Source of the DNA: Bugula neritina
Lineage: Eukaryota; Animalia; Bryozoa
Length of the DNA stretch: 64,000 nt
Direction of reading: 5' to 3'
Assembly: GCA_964035545.1 (NCBI GenBank)
Contig: OZ037770.1
Span: forward strand, 3,194,662 to 3,258,661
Shown in pieces: positions 13,228-28,800 of the stretch (positions within the stretch are counted from its first letter, which is position 1; the number at the start of each line of letters is the position of its first letter). The notes under the pieces were generated by a model. That model had not been told where the DNA came from and searched no databases. It saw only the letters and a program-made list of their open reading frames with translations. The position numbers were made by a program, and so were the translations under genes.

Positions 13228-15356
13228 ATAGTTGATAGACTGTAATACAATATAAATAATACAATGCAACATAATATATGGTGAAATATATAACCGAAAA
13301 ATTATTTAATATAAAGATATAATATAGTGTAAATAAAACAGCATTATGTAATATCATATAAACTATTATAATACATTATAGTTGAATGATCTAATTAAAT
13401 AAATACCTATTCTAGAAAATTGTGTGAAGTCTAAATGTTGTACGCCTTATACCAATTATTACACAAAACATTCTCATTAATTGCCCAACTCTGGTACCTG
13501 TAAGTCTAAGAATATTGACCTAGATCCATTTAAAGTATAGACAACCAGTTAGCACCCTTTAAACTAACAAATAAAACATATAGCAGCCAGGCTAACAAGT
13601 AAAGTGGCGGAATTAGTTATATATGAAGCACTTCAGCAATATAGGACAAGCCATCACTAGGCATGTAAAAATATTAGTCACATGATGTAGAAACTGCTGC
13701 CTTCCGAAGAAATAAATATTTCAACGTGTTATCAGGTGATAAAAATGCATGCAATAAATTCTCATTTACTTAAGATATACCAGCACAAATAACACTATAT
13801 GCATCTTAAAAGGCCATGCATCCCAAAACTATCCACACATTGCAAGTTACTTACAGAGTATGAAACTGCATTGACTCACTGAGATTATCTAGTATATATG
13901 ACTTGCAGACTTCAGCTGAAGACTAAAGATAATGCTTAGTAATATGCTACACTGTTTTAACTACTCTCAACACAACTACAACTTTATACAATCACTAATT
14001 GGGCATTGTTTGCAACTATTGCTTAACAACTGTACATATTATGCAATTATTTATTACATGACTAATACTTATGTCTGTCTACTTTCTACCACTGTGCCAT
14101 ATATATTGAACTTAGCAGTAGCTTTGTGTTATAAGCTAGTGAACGTATAACAGGTGGTTTCTACAGAGTATGAGACTATTATAATAAAGAAGGATGTAAT
14201 GCTTGCAGAGATAATCTGCAGCAGTATAGTATAGTGAAAACAGAGGAACATTCTACATTATAGGCTTAAAATGATTCTGTAGGTGTCTAGACCATATTGA
14301 GTGATATTGTAGAATTTTTAAAAAGTTTCAAACTTTGTTATTGGTATAGATTTTGTTGAAATAGCTTTAGTTGTTGATTAGTATTCTACGACTGCTCTAG
14401 TAAAAAAGAAAACTATTCTAATACCAAACAGTAACTTTAGGCTTATCTAGTTTTGTGTTGGAGAACAGCTATTCAAGTTACGGGCTCAAGGAGCTCATAA
14501 CTTTTAGCTTGTTGGAACAGTTTAGCCTTTCTAAAATTACATAAATTTGTTTTGACAAGGAATAAATAACTGAAAATTGCAGTGAGCAGTATTGCAGGGG
14601 CTACATATAGCAAGCTAAGCAATACTAATATATTAGTATAATATTCTGTAATATTTCATCAACTGACAGTTCCCATTGACAGTTTATGATTTATAATTGC
14701 TAAATTTTTTCCCCTCATAGTCCTTACTTCCACACATAAATCAATTACAATAAATTAATTGTCAAAATATTATGCTTTCAATCTACCAGGAAAAACTTCG
14801 ACTAGAAATAGTTGAGTGCCAAGAATAGCTATTTAGAAGATAATGTATTGTAAACACTGTTCCACTTCATTTCTTCTATAGTAAATAATTTACAGCTTTT
14901 AGTTTGGAGTGTAGCTTTAGGCATAATATACCCGACTTAAAAATTCCAAATCATCTCTGTTAGATTTCAGCTATGTTTATATTAGCCAAGTTTGCATGAC
15001 CTGTAATTCTATAGGCATGAGTTATGGCAGACAGTTGCTATGGAAACGATATACACAACTGTTGTAATAGTTGCTTAAATTTGCTTCAAAGGTAGTTGTG
15101 GTGTGATATGCATAATTTTTTGGCATTAGTTGTTAGCCCTCTCCTTCACTGCTATATTCTATTACTTTGCACTATAGGAATGAGCGCTCTAATGGATTTG
15201 AGGTTTACATTTGGCATGAACTTAAATGGTTGTTGTTTTATTCAATGCAGCCATTTGCAAAAAATTGTTAAAAAGTCCATTGGCATATAGTATGGGGCTC
15301 ATAGACTCATAGAATAATTCCTGGGTTGACAGCTCTAACCCTTTTGTGAAATATGC

Positions 15357-15399
<43 letters not shown>

Positions 15400-15569
15400 G
15401 TATATATATATACACATATGTATATACATATATATATTTATTTAATTAAAATCTTAAACTTCAAGTAGTATATTATAGCTGCTACAGCGCTAAGGGTGTG
15501 CAAGAACTATAAGTATATAAGTATTACTCATTGGTGTCACAGTAGACATGGAATGAATCTTTTCACTGC

Positions 15570-15880
15570 ACCAGTAAGTTTGAGCAACATTAAGGAAATA
15601 GCAATGTTATTTTTGTTTCTCTTCAAACAACCTTAGATCAAATTGCTTCTTCATTTAAGCTGTGTCACGGTATTGCGCAATGTGGAGGTCTCCACGAGAC
15701 AAATTCATGTTTGAAGGTAACAATGCAAGTGTGACATAGCTGCCATCTCACCTTTCACTATATCATGCCTTCTCTGTTTCACATACGTAGCTTCTCTTGT
15801 CACCAAGCGGCAAGCACATACGTCTATACTCTCAGTTATTATTCATATCTGATGACAAGTTTTGCAATATTGTCTCATAT
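15570..15880 (-). mobile_element. Possible decayed non-LTR retrotransposon fragment (RLE-clade zinc knuckle / RHD region)
   Basis: Minus-strand translation CKTCHQI*IITESIDVCACRLVTREATYVKQRRHDIV, followed by a PD..D-like stretch. Heavily decayed. Confidence 0.35.
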
Positions 15881-17889
15881 TTAAGAAAAATAAAGTGATA
15901 TAGCACTTTAGTAAACTGCATTTGTACAGCTGCCATAGTGGAGAAAGGAGTTATTGGTTGGCATTTATGGTTTGATTGTTTTTACTTTGCTCAATCTTTT
16001 CTAATGATCAAAATTGCATTATTTAATACAAAACTCATGTTAAGAGTAATGCGTTAGATATATAAAAAAGTGGCCTTACTGGCTTTGATATCCACTGGCT
16101 TGCAGATCTCTTCCTTAGTTTCCATATTTATAATTTTCAGATTCAAATCTTTTTGCAAAAAAAAGGAACAACTTAATGAGCCAACATCAAAAAATAAAAT
16201 TAAAAAATTTGATAATTTTTTCTAAAAGCAATAATACAGAGGCACTAAATATATTTTATGGTTATAATAAATTCTCAGTCAGGCGTACACTTGAGTTCTG
16301 AAATACTCTTTCAAAGCTCTTCAGTATGTGTTGAAGGAAGATCAATTATTAAGTCCGCAAATAATTTATTAATTTTTGCAATTGCAAAATGAATTTCTCA
16401 TAATGCAAATATACATTTTAGGTACAATACAGGTGAGAAAAACATGGATATTTTATAGTATTTATATCCAGTCAAGAATTACATAGTGCATAAATTAAAA
16501 TGCATTAAAAAAAGTCAAAATAATGAGTGCTGAATATGTGGAAAATTATTATAGCAAGTAAAAATTAAATGCTTTCAAACAAATTTGATAGTTTTTTGCA
16601 TAAAAAACATCTGGATTTTAGATTTTATTATCTATTCCAATTCTTATTGTGATGCCAGGTCTTCACAACTGCTGATGAAAAACATGGCTCAAAGTGCACA
16701 ACAATCTACTTGACTTGATGTGCAATAGATATGGATTGAAAAACAATCATCAATCTAAAAGAGTGATTATTTTTAAATACATTATATGCTAAGTTTATTA
16801 TTGAATAGCAATTTATGTAAATGACAGTCTTATATGCAGTATAGTCTAATAAATATTCAACATATTCTTTCTTTGTTATATACAGGCCAAACTTCAACAG
16901 ATATGGCAGTGTATAACATCTGCAGTTAGTTACTGTTTTATCTGCATTTGTTGAAATGCAACATTTATGATATTATCATAGCTGATTGACACGATAGTTT
17001 TTTTTTCAGATAATAGTTGATGAATCCAAAATGGGTAACTAAAGTTACTGGTGAAAAAATTACACAATCTTATAAAGTTGCGTTTGCACCTCTAGATCTG
17101 CTAAAAAAGTACCGAGTTTAAGTTAATAATGCTTGTCCAGGTACCCCTTTATAGTCAAACTGAAAATCTTGGAATCATATAGTCTATAAGCAGTACATTT
17201 TAGCTTGAAACATACACAAATATACATTCATAATAATTATTTCAACACTGCTCACTAGAGGAAGTTAAAGGTCAATTTGAAGGCTGTGCCATGTTTTTAT
17301 ATCAACTGCCATCCTGTGTCAACAAGTTGCCCAACCTGTTATCAGCCTCATAAAGTTATACATGTTCAGTTGAATGCGACACTTCACAATGTGTAACATG
17401 ATACACACTCATATATCATCATGTGACAATGTTGCTGCATAAGTCACTTATAACTCAATTTCCTCATCTGAAATTGATTCTGTTTTCAAAGATTATGTGT
17501 AACATGTAAACTACATAGTATGTTTATCTCCTTATCTAACTGTAACTGATTCACATTCCCTATGTGATAGATGAAGTAAGCATGTCAAAACAGAATAGTA
17601 ATGTTTATAAAGTAAGTTTGACATTCTAAAATCTCTGTTTCAACAATTGTTTGTCAATGTCCTTGAATTAATGCTAAGAATGAGCGCTCTACTATCATAG
17701 AACTAGAATATCAATGTCTAATGTAACATAATATATATCATATTATATATAATATATATTATATACACGACTTCAATGTAAAATATGATATAAATTTATA
17801 ATATATATTTTATATTATCATATACTGTAACCATATATAAATTAAAAAATATATAATGTAATATAATATATATTAAGTACGTAGTTATG

Positions 17890-17928
17890 ATATAGTATAT
17901 ATAGATTATATATATATACCGGTATATA

Positions 17929-17985
<57 letters not shown>

Positions 17986-18035
17986 TGTATAATATATAAT
18001 ATATATATACTGTATAATATATAATATATTATACA

Positions 18036-18120
<85 letters not shown>
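17890..18120. repeat. (TA)n microsatellite complex
   Basis: Read directly. Confidence 0.95.
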
Positions 18121-18124
<4 letters not shown>

Positions 18125-20423
18125 AGTATGAAATATAGGATGTAATATAGCTTATTGCACATAATACATGTTGTACATTTACGTTACCATTTATATTTCA
18201 TATAAGATAAAATGTTATATTTATTATGTTATATGATTTCAATATATAATTGTGAAATTTGATATGATTAGCACAACTTCCATCAAAGGGGGAGAAATAT
18301 ATTTTTTAAATATTTTGGAAAAAGGCGACTAATTTTTATGAAAACAAGTGTAATAATTAGACAGACTTCCGATTGAACAATTTCCGCAAACCATCTCAGT
18401 TACGAAATGAAGGCCAATCGTTTTGCAAAAATCCTATTGCTGATAAAAAAATTTTCCACACATTTAAATCATTTAGCAGATTTGTAACTAGTTATCATTT
18501 ATTTACACTCGCTAAGCATAATAACTATCTCATTTAAAGTCACTGCCATTGGTTCAGTGGAATAATAGCACAAGTTTCAACAAATATGAGAATACTTCTC
18601 CAATAGGGCTTATATGTATATTAATCTATAACTTAATATTATATCAAGTGTGCAGTGTAATTCACAATTCCAACCGGTATGCAGCCTACAGTATCTGCTG
18701 CAATTGTTTGTGGATAATTAAAACTGTTGTTGAAATATCAGCTTCTAATTGGAAAGAGTATACTTGGGTATTGCCGAACTATACAGAAATTACATTTCAG
18801 CAAAGTAATTTTTGTCTTTTTTAGCTAAAAACAAATTTAAGTTAATTAAGGGTATAGACAAGATATTATAGTATATGTTGCAGTAATTTTTGGCAGCTTT
18901 CCAAAAATCATGGTGTAACGAAAGCTATTTGTGAAAGCTTTCGCCGATAGCTATTTACTGACAGTTTTTGGTAGATGAGTCAGTGTAGCTCAGTTTTCCT
19001 CCTGCTAAAGATGCAGGCAATCTATACTTAATTGTCAAAATAATTGTGAGTATCAAGTATTATATTATCTTTTGTTTTGAACTTCATTAACTAAATGTTT
19101 GTCAGCTATGTAATTAATGTTAAGTTAACAACATGTTTGTAATTTTCATGGTTATAGGTTACAGTAAAGTAAAGTATGAATATGAGTCTATATAAGTATG
19201 AATGAAGTTTAACGTATATAGAAAATATACTGTTGCATGGCAATAGACAAAAATAGAGTTGTGGCCTGCATCTGTGTCTTCCATTCATTCACCCTTCATT
19301 AAGTGAATCACAATACATATAGGCATCCGGGCCAAACAGCAGCAACAATTAACAGCTGATACAGTAACCATTATCGACTGTCACAGTATATCAGCTACAA
19401 ACTATTAAATTCTTAATTTTAGAGACCTTGGTTATTTCTATTTATATAGTAAAATAAGTTTTTGACCAAAACTTTTTGCCCCAATAAACTTTGAAGCCAA
19501 TTTTTTCATATATATTATCACATTAAGTAAAGCCACTGAGTCTTACAATATAGCCACAGATCGAAAATCAGCTAAACTCTTCTTAGATCTATTAGTGATT
19601 AAATAAAATTTAAAATAGCTTATATTCTATATTCAATTCATAAATAAATTTTGCTTTAGGGTTTCAGGTAAAATCTCTTTGCTATAAAGTTTTCATCTGC
19701 AACTATAAAATGCATGGAAAAGCTTTGATAAAAGAGCTTTACTAGTTATAGCTTAAGTTACTCAACTTTTTAATAAATTTTTGTTAAGTTAGGGTGCAAT
19801 TAGGACACTTTGCTGTAGTGTCCACATACATAACGCAAGCTTTTTTGGATTTCTCAATCATGTACTGCATGTACCATTATACCTCTTACAAACTGGAGTT
19901 GAAACTTATAAAAGAAAAATTAGATAAACTGAAAGTCATAATTACATTGTAATATATAAAACCTTTGCCTTCACTGGAATTTGAACCTGCAACCTCCAGC
20001 TTGATGCAACTAGCCATTACTAACCGTTACACCAGCACAAAGACCACTGAAAAAACTAAACACGATTACAATTACGGCCATATTTATTAAGAGGGTTACA
20101 TATCAATTGCACAATTTGTTTACTAACTCAAACCTTCATATCAATCACCCATAGTTTTTATCCTTATTATTGTTATGTAATAAGGAAGTTATGATTGAGT
20201 CATGCAACTGAAATGAAGTTTGCAACATTTATCATGGCATTTCAAGAGAGTTGATAAATGTGTTTACTTATTAGCACGCATGGCTGACTTTTTAGACTGT
20301 GAGCCAATAAAACTCACATGTTTGAGTTTTGAGTATAACACTTAGAAGTACATATTTAGCTTTGTAAAAGCCTACGTATAGAAATCATTCTATATAATAC
20401 GTAAAACTGATCCATCTGACATG

Positions 20424-20433
20424 TATATTTAAA
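20424..20433 (+). promoter_or_regulatory. Conserved TATA-like box TATATTTA(A/T)A upstream of exon 1 (also ~1920, ~8825, 25754, 36011)
   Basis: The same motif lies 50-75 nt upstream of the ATG in all five copies that have an exon 1, although the surrounding sequence of copies 1 and 2 is unalignable. Confidence 0.55.
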
Positions 20434-20495
20434 GAAGAGAAAAGTTCGAAGCCATTCATTACTTGCTATTAATGACAAGCTTACTCTACAGAACT

Positions 20496-23400
20496 ATGCT
20501 TCTAAAAGTAACTTTAGCATTTATTGGTGAGTAATTAAACTACTTGGGATTTATTCATTTAGTCATAAACTGCTGCTCATATATAAATAATTAAAATAGG
20601 TTAACATTTTTTTAATTGGTTATATAATTTATATTCTATAATCTAACTTTGTTGAACACATTGCTTTTAAACAGTAAAGCTTATGAATGTATATGTTAGT
20701 AGCATGTTACAGTTTCAAATTTATTATATTATCATTATCACTATGCCCAATTCGTATTCAGATTGACATAATTTGGTTTAAAATCGACGATAACTAATAA
20801 ATTATTAAACAAAACAGTTTTTTCTTTCTCAGATATAAAATAATTTTTATGAGAGTACCCAGATACTAACTTCAGAACTATTATAACTTACTTGTTTTGT
20901 GTTGTAGCGTTGGTTGCCAGCCCTACAGTGGCTAGCACGCAATGTAATATGTATAACTTTGGTGTTGGTGCTGGACTCCCTTGCGGCCTGCAATGGTGGC
21001 AATCAAATGACCTTGGACAATCTATAACAGTTTCAAAGAAGATGTCAGACTTTGCTCGGAATGTCATGGATGCCATTGACCCAGCTCTGTACAGTAGTAT
21101 TAATTCTAGTTTGACCGGGCAAATCGCAGCTGAATCAAATGATCCTCTAGCCAAAATTATTGAGTCTGCTCTTACGGTGTTGCCTTCCCTTGCAAATTAT
21201 CTGGCTGACGTGCTGTACAGCTTAGATTTGACACCTCAGATGTTGTATATCTTCAACCTACCAGAAGAGTTTGTTACCAAAGAGTTTCTGCAGCAGATGG
21301 CCAAGGAATATTTTGACTTCTCATGCTCTGAGTAAGTAGTTTGTGTTTTCCGAACATTCTTGTTAACTGGCTGCAGATTGCATAATGATTGTTAAAATTT
21401 ATTTGGACAAAGTAAACATACCTGATGGAAATAGTAAAGAGTTTTGAATAATCACACAGTTTTTGCTGGTAGCTTTTAACTATAAACAACTATGCCTAAA
21501 ATTAAGAAGGAACAAATGTTTCTTGGTAACTGCCTATGTTATAGCTGAAAGTAAATGTTAAACCAAGTTTTAGAAAAACACTAAACATATTGGTATATAA
21601 GCGTACAACACACACCGTTCAATTTTTAATAACAAGAATCTGCTAGTGAAGACCTTTTAATTGTTAAATGTTATAACACTTTCTGGAGATGCTAGATCTC
21701 ATTTCTTCTATTTTAACCAACGGAATCTCAGCTGACTGAATATATAGCTGCATCTATAAAATGCTAAACATAAGTTATGAAGTGTAAAAAATTTGAAAAC
21801 AAATAAATTTAAAAATTGCTTTTCTAATGCTTTCTCTTCTTTGTGACTAGCTCTCATTGTAAAAGATGACTTTTAGGGAATTTTTTAAGTTATTGCAGAA
21901 ATATGTAATATATACCATGTGATTTTAGCTTAACTTATTCTGCATTGTTATTATAGATACGGAGCTAAGGAATTTACAAGCTGCGTCTCTAACTGGGTTG
22001 ATAGCAACTGTGGGGCAGAGGACAACGTAGCTTATCTCAACCAGATTCTCAACAGCCTGGCTAATGAGTACTGTAACGGGAACTCAACCAAGCCCAGTGT
22101 TTTGACAAGTAAGATAGCAACAACTTTACAAGTTTAAAGTTACAGAAATTTTAAACTACATGTCAAATCCGAAAATAAGCACCAAATTAACAGATATGCA
22201 TATTTTTAAATTTTTTAAATAAGTTACAATGACATCGAAAAGCGGTGTACTTTTAAAATCTTGTTACATAATTATTATAACAACTTGCTCTGAATCAAAT
22301 GTAATATATATGCTGTATGATTGTCTAATTTATTTTAAATAGTTTAATTTAACATAGTTTATTTACATCTCTGCAGCCTTCAACAAAGATTTTGGAGAGT
22401 TTGGAAAAGGATTGGTGAAACTCTACGGAATTGAAAAAGATCCATCAAGCCCTTTCCAGTTCCGTCTGTCAAACAGCTCCATTATCACAGGCATCATATC
22501 AGGTGCTAACCTGACAGCTTTTACAAATATTGCTAATACTTGCACTCCCCTTGCATTAGCATTGGGTAGGGATATAACAGAGTTAAGTCAGCAAAACAGC
22601 ACAGTAACCATTGGTGATGCCTTGCAAAGCCTTGAGGGGTGAGTTGAATGATTTCGAGTATGTGCAGTTAAGTTGTATAAATTACTTCTCAGAAGATCAC
22701 AGTTTACATGCTATGAAAAACAAACCTATTTTTATAGTGCATCAGCATAATGTTTATGTAGCAGCTCTAATGCATGAAAAATAACATTGACAATGTGATA
22801 AATAAACATATTATGGACATACTGTATATGAAACAGCCAATAAATAAATTTGTATGTTATTGTAAGTATTAGTTTACCCAGTGAGTTTTAGTTTAATTTA
22901 TAGGTAATGTAAACTATTCTTGTCTATTAGCAGTTTCATAATGTGTAAGATAAAATATATTCTACACATATATGCACAAGTTGGAAAATGTTTCCATCTT
23001 TATATACAGCCTATAAGCTGCATTGTAATCCTGTTTGCAGAGGCATAGAATTCTACGTGAAGTGCACCTTACAGACTGTTGGTAAACTATTTCCCGAGCT
23101 GATAACTCCAAGTACTCTTGACAAATACGAGCTCATACTTCGACGATTTGGTTTCCATGATTTAGACCTAGCTTCACTAGTATGTATTATTATTAAATAT
23201 GAAATTTTTTTATACCACGGAGTGAACACAACTCCTACCAACATGCTAATATTATCTAATTTGCTTTGCATAGTCTTCTTTATTACTTTGCAAAACTGGA
23301 ATCATTTGTGTTTCAGAATTTATAGTATGGTAAAAACTATCTGCAGCAACACATTATCTTTGAACAATCAACTTTAAAATAAATATATTGAGTTTTGTAA

Positions 23401-23653
23401 AATAATTCTAAATCACTTTATATCTGCATGAAGTTATTTAATCAAAACTTTATTACCAAATTTCTGGCATAACATGATTATGCAGTGTAAATTCCATATT
23501 GCTTACTATATTTACAATAAAGTGAATTCAATATTCACATTTTAGGCTGCTGTTGAAGAGACAACTCCCATGAATGGTGCGATGAGCAAAACTCCAATGA
23601 CTGCCAGCTATTTATTCTTTTTTATGGCCTACTTTGTGTGGCGTTTTTATTAA
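20496..23653 (+). CDS. Family copy 3 (type A introns): GPI-anchored 8-Cys protein, 6 exons, ~371 aa
   Basis: Exons 20496-20526 (in-frame upstream ATG at 20472 also possible), 20908-21331, 21957-22108, 22377-22638, 23041-23179, 23546-23653 (1116 nt, open). Signal peptide MLLKVTLAFIALVASPTVA. C-terminus ...[28 protein letters not shown] (small residues, spacer, hydrophobic tail). Confidence 0.9.
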
Positions 23654-24117
23654 AAACATTTTGTATTGGCTCATAGAAATCAGATATTTAAACTTCAATA
23701 TTCTCATTTATGCAATTTTGTGATAACAATTTAAGATATTAATCATTTTTTATAAAAATAATTAACTGAACTTTTGCTGGTATTAATTTAATAAATAATC
23801 TCAACATTTAAATCATTTGAAATTTGTTTCAACAAAACTATATGTTTTTAACAGAATAGTTTGTTTAGTTCAGTCCTGATGGTGAATTAGTTTAAAATAT
23901 TCTTTTTTATCTCAAACCGGAAACTCAGAACTTGTAATCTAAGCACAGAGCGTTTAAAGAAGACAACTCCAAGTGATAAACAGTGTGAATAGACTAAAAT
24001 ATCTACATCAACCGTAAACCCTATACTAATATGTAATCTATTATAAAGCTTGCAAGATTCATCATATCTGAAAATAATCTGTCTTATTTCTATAAAATGA
24101 GCTGCCTTCACTGTTAG

Positions 24118-24281
<164 letters not shown>

Positions 24282-24651
24282 TTCACTTATAATCTCAATT
24301 TTCCCCATTATGAGTATTACAAAATATAACACCTATAACCTAATATTATATTATAATACAAAAATATAATACATATGTGTATATGTTACACAATAAAATA
24401 CATACTGAATTTACAACAATAGATGCACAGCATATTATACAATATGAAAACACTCTTCGCATATACTCAAGTACCTTTATATATATAATTGAAGTTGAGT
24501 TAGTCTAGCAGTACATTCATAATAATTATTTCAACACAACTCACTAGAAGAAGTTAAAGGTCAATTTGAAGGCTGTGCCATTTTTTTATATCGACTGCCA
24601 TCCGGTGTCAACAAGTTGCCTAACCTGTTATTAGACTCAGACGCCTCATTC

Positions 24652-25324
24652 ACCCCTGTTCACACATTGCCGTACCATATGCCGCAACAGCACAAATAAA
24701 ATGGCGCTGCTGTTACATTTTGTCAACAGGCATTCGCACATTGACAAAAAGTGCAACGCGTGATGTTGAGCTGTGACCAATCATAATGAGGCTAATTTTT
24801 GTCTGCGGTGACTTGTACGCCTTAGGATATTATTCACAAATTGTGCGAAACATTCTTTTCGAAAAATGTTATATAAATGCTACTGACTAAATGAAAGCAA
24901 TTAAAAAGAAACAATCTTCTTGTTTTAATACATGTGTCCCTAAAATAATTTGAATAATAAATATTTTAGCCGTCCAAATAACGTTTAAGATTCTGGTTTG
25001 TGAGCTTTTGTGATGAGGAAAGTTATATTTTTAAGCTGAGCCTAATTTAAACAAGTCAGATAAAAATTGTTTAATCTTTTAAAGTTTCTGAATTGGTTAA
25101 ATTAAATCAACAATAAGCAATTAAAATAAACTAGGGAAAATGTTCTTTAAACTTTAGTACCAGATCAACTCTACCTAATGGGAGCAAGCTGTAATTTTTT
25201 GCATCAAGCACTGCTTGATCAACGCCTCAGCGTATACCGGGGGACGATTCAGCTCGGATGTTACCAAAAATGGTAGATATTTGCTGTTACGACGCACAGT
25301 ATGGCAATGTGTGAACGAGGGGCT
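24652..25324. mobile_element. Old MITE upstream of copy 4
   Basis: Imperfect TIRs CCCCTGTTCACACATTGCCGTAC / GTATGGCAATGTGTGAACGAGGGG. Absent from the equivalent region upstream of copy 3. Confidence 0.7.
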
Positions 25325-25827
25325 ACTAACCATTGCAACACAGGGGCAACTGGGTAAACTATATATATAACACAAAGCTGTATCTTGTGTTTAATTACTG
25401 TCATGTATGACAAAAGGGTTACATATTTATTGCACCATTTGTTTACTAACTCATACCCTCATACCAATCACCCAGTTTTTATCCCAATCACTGAGAGTAT
25501 TGTTATGTAATGAGGAAGTTATGGTTGAGCCATACTGTTGAAATAAAGTTTGCAACATTTATCATGGCATTTCAAAAAGTTGATAAATTGTGTTCACTTA
25601 TTAGCACGCATGGCTAATTTTCTTAGACTGTGAGCCAATAAAACTCGCATACTTGAGTTTTTAGTATAACACTTAGCAGTACATTATTGAGCTTTGTAAA
25701 AGCCTTTGTATAGAGATCATTCTATGTAATATATAACTGATCTATCTGACATGTATATTTAAAGAAGAGAAAAGTTCGTTAAGCCATTCATTACTTGCTA
25801 TCAATGAAAAGCTTACTCTACAGAACT

Positions 25828-28800
25828 ATGATTCTAAAAGTAACTTTAACATTTATTGGTGAGTATTTAAACTACTTTGGATTTATTCATTTAGTCACAA
25901 ACTGCTGCTCATATACAAATAATTAAAATAGGCTAACATTTTTTGAAATTGATTATATAATTCATTTTCTATAATCTAACTTTGTCAAACAGATTGCTTT
26001 TGAACTGTAAAGCTCATATGAATGTATATTTTAGTAACATGTTACAGTTGCCAGTTTATTATATTATCATTATCACTATGCCCAATTGGTATTCAGATAG
26101 ACATAATTTGGTTTAAGGTACATGATAAATCATAAATTATTCAACAAAACAGTTTTTTCTCTCTCAGATATAAAATTAATTTTTATGAGAGTACCTAAAT
26201 ACTAACTTCAGAATTATTACTTACTTGTTTTGTGTTGTAGCGTTGGTTGCCAGCCCTACAGTGGCTAGCACGCAATGCAATATGTATAACTTTGGTGTTG
26301 GTGCTGGACTCCCTTGCGGCCTACAATGGTGGCAATCAAATGACCTTGGACAATCTATAACAGTTTCAAAGAAGATGTCAGACTTTGCTAGGACTGTCAT
26401 GAACGCCATTGACCCAGCTCTGTACAGTAGTATTAATTCTAGTTTGGCCGGGCAAATCGCAGCTGAATCAAATGATCCTCTAGCCAAAATTATTGAATCT
26501 GCTTTTACAATGTTGCCTTCCCTTGCAAATTATCTGGCCAACGTTCTGTACAGCTTAGATCTGACACCTCAGATGTTGTATATCTTTAATCTACCAGAAG
26601 AGTTTGCTACCAAAGAGTTCCTGCAGCAGATGGAAAAGGAATATTTTGACTTCTCATGTTCTGTGTAAGTAGTTTGTGTTTTCCGAACATTCTTGTTAAC
26701 TGGCTGCAGATTACATGTTAATTATCAAAAAATTGTTGGACAGAGAAAACATACCTGATGGAAATAGTAAAGATTTTTGAATAATCACACAGTTTTTGCT
26801 GGTAGCTTTTAACTTTAAACGACTATGCTTAAAATTAAGAAAGAACAAATGTTTCTTGGTAATTGCTTATATATCATAGCTGAAAGTAAATGTTACACCA
26901 AGTTTTAGAAAAACACTGAAAATTATTATATAATTGTACAACCAACTCTGTTCAACTTTTAATTTCAGTAGTCTGTCACTGAAAACTTTAAGTTAAATGT
27001 TATAACACTTTCTAAAGATGCTAGATCTTATATCATATATATATTTTACCCAGCTGACTCAACTGCATGACTGAATATAGCTGCATGTATGAAATGCTAA
27101 ACATAAGTTATGTAGCGTAAAAAGTTTTAAAGAAATTAGATTTATTAATTGTTTTTTTAGTGCTTCCTCCTCTCTCTGGTTAGCTCTCAATATAAGTTGA
27201 CCTATACTAACTGTTGTAAAAGATGATTGGTAGACAGTTTAATTTATTGCAAGATTATGAACTACCATTTGATTATAGTTTAATTTCTTCTACGTTGTAG
27301 ATACGGAGCTAAAGAATTTACAAGCTGCCTCTCTAACTGGGTTGATAGCAACTGTGGGGCAGAGGACAACGTAGCTTATCTCAACCAGATTCTCAACAGC
27401 CTGGCTAATGAGTACTGTAATGGGAACTCAACCAAACCCAGTGTTTTGACAAGTAAGATAGTAACAACTTTGCAAGTTTAAAGTTACAGAAATTGAACTA
27501 CGTGTGAAGTCCATAAACAGGCACTAATATAACAGAAGTGCATAATATCAACATTTTTATACATGTTACAGTGACAGTGAACAATGGTGTACTTTTAAAA
27601 TTTTGTTGCATGATTATTGTAATGGCATGCTCTGAATCAAATGCAATAATATGTTGTATCATTGTCTAATTTATATGAATTAGTATAGTTTAACATATAG
27701 TATGTTTACATCTCTGCATGCAGCATTCAACAAGAATTTTGGAGAGTTTGGAAAAGTATTGGTGAAAGCCTACGGAATCGAAAAAGATCCATCAAGCCCT
27801 TTCCAGTTCCGTCTGTCAAACAGCTCCATTATCATATCAGGTGCTAACCTGACAGCTTTCACAAACATTGCTAATACTTGCACTCCTCTTGCATTGGCAT
27901 TGGGTGCGAATATAACAGAGTTAATTCAGCAAAAGAGCACAATAGGCACTGGTGCTGCCTTGCAAAACCTTGAGGGGTGAGTTGAATGATTTAAAATATG
28001 TGCAGTTTTTTATTATTTCACGTGTTTTATTATGCTTTGACATGTCATTATAATCACGGGCTTTCCATGTACCGATCTCAGATCGATCTCGCTGAGATCG
28101 ATCTGAGAAATGTGCTCAGATCGATCGTTTTTCCATGAGAGTGTCAGATCGATCTCGCGAAGTTGTCTTCTCTTAAGTAAAGGATACTTTAAAAGTATAT
28201 TTTGTTCACCTATTTGAGTGATTAAAGCTACTACTGTTGAAAACAAGTCGATCTTAGTCTAAAATTTAATCCCAGCTATAAACTATACGCAGCAAAGCTT
28301 TCAGTGTATGGTAATTTGGCCAATTTAAAATAATTAATTTTAATTTTTCAGCTTGACAGCTTATATAAAATTAATGGCTGTCTTGCAGATTATTAATAAA
28401 CTTACAGGACTGTTAGGCTTAAAATTACAAAGAAAATAGCTAATGAAACTAAGTTTTAATAGCCATTTAAATTCATTTTAAATTCTCCCATTTTTTTACC
28501 TTCTACTGCATATAATTGAGTTTTCTTAATCGTTGCACTGAAAGTCAAAGTTTTGACATCTGAAAAGGTGGCTATCATAATTATTTAATGCTTTGCTTAG
28601 TAATTATCAATAAGTTATCATTTTTATTAGCAGACAGCATTGTAGCGCGCAGTCTTTTTCTACTTCTCAGATCGATCTGGCGTCTTTCCATGGTCTTATT
28701 GACATGAGATCGATCTGAGTTCGAGCTCCACAGACCGACCAGCTCAGATCGACAGAGATCGATCTTTGGCGTCTTTCCATGGATCGATCTCGCTGAGATC

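Noticed and set aside
20888-21154. Recurring antisense ORF MARGSFDSAAICP... in copies 3-7
   Set aside because: It is the antisense shadow of exon 2 and recurs only because the exon is duplicated.
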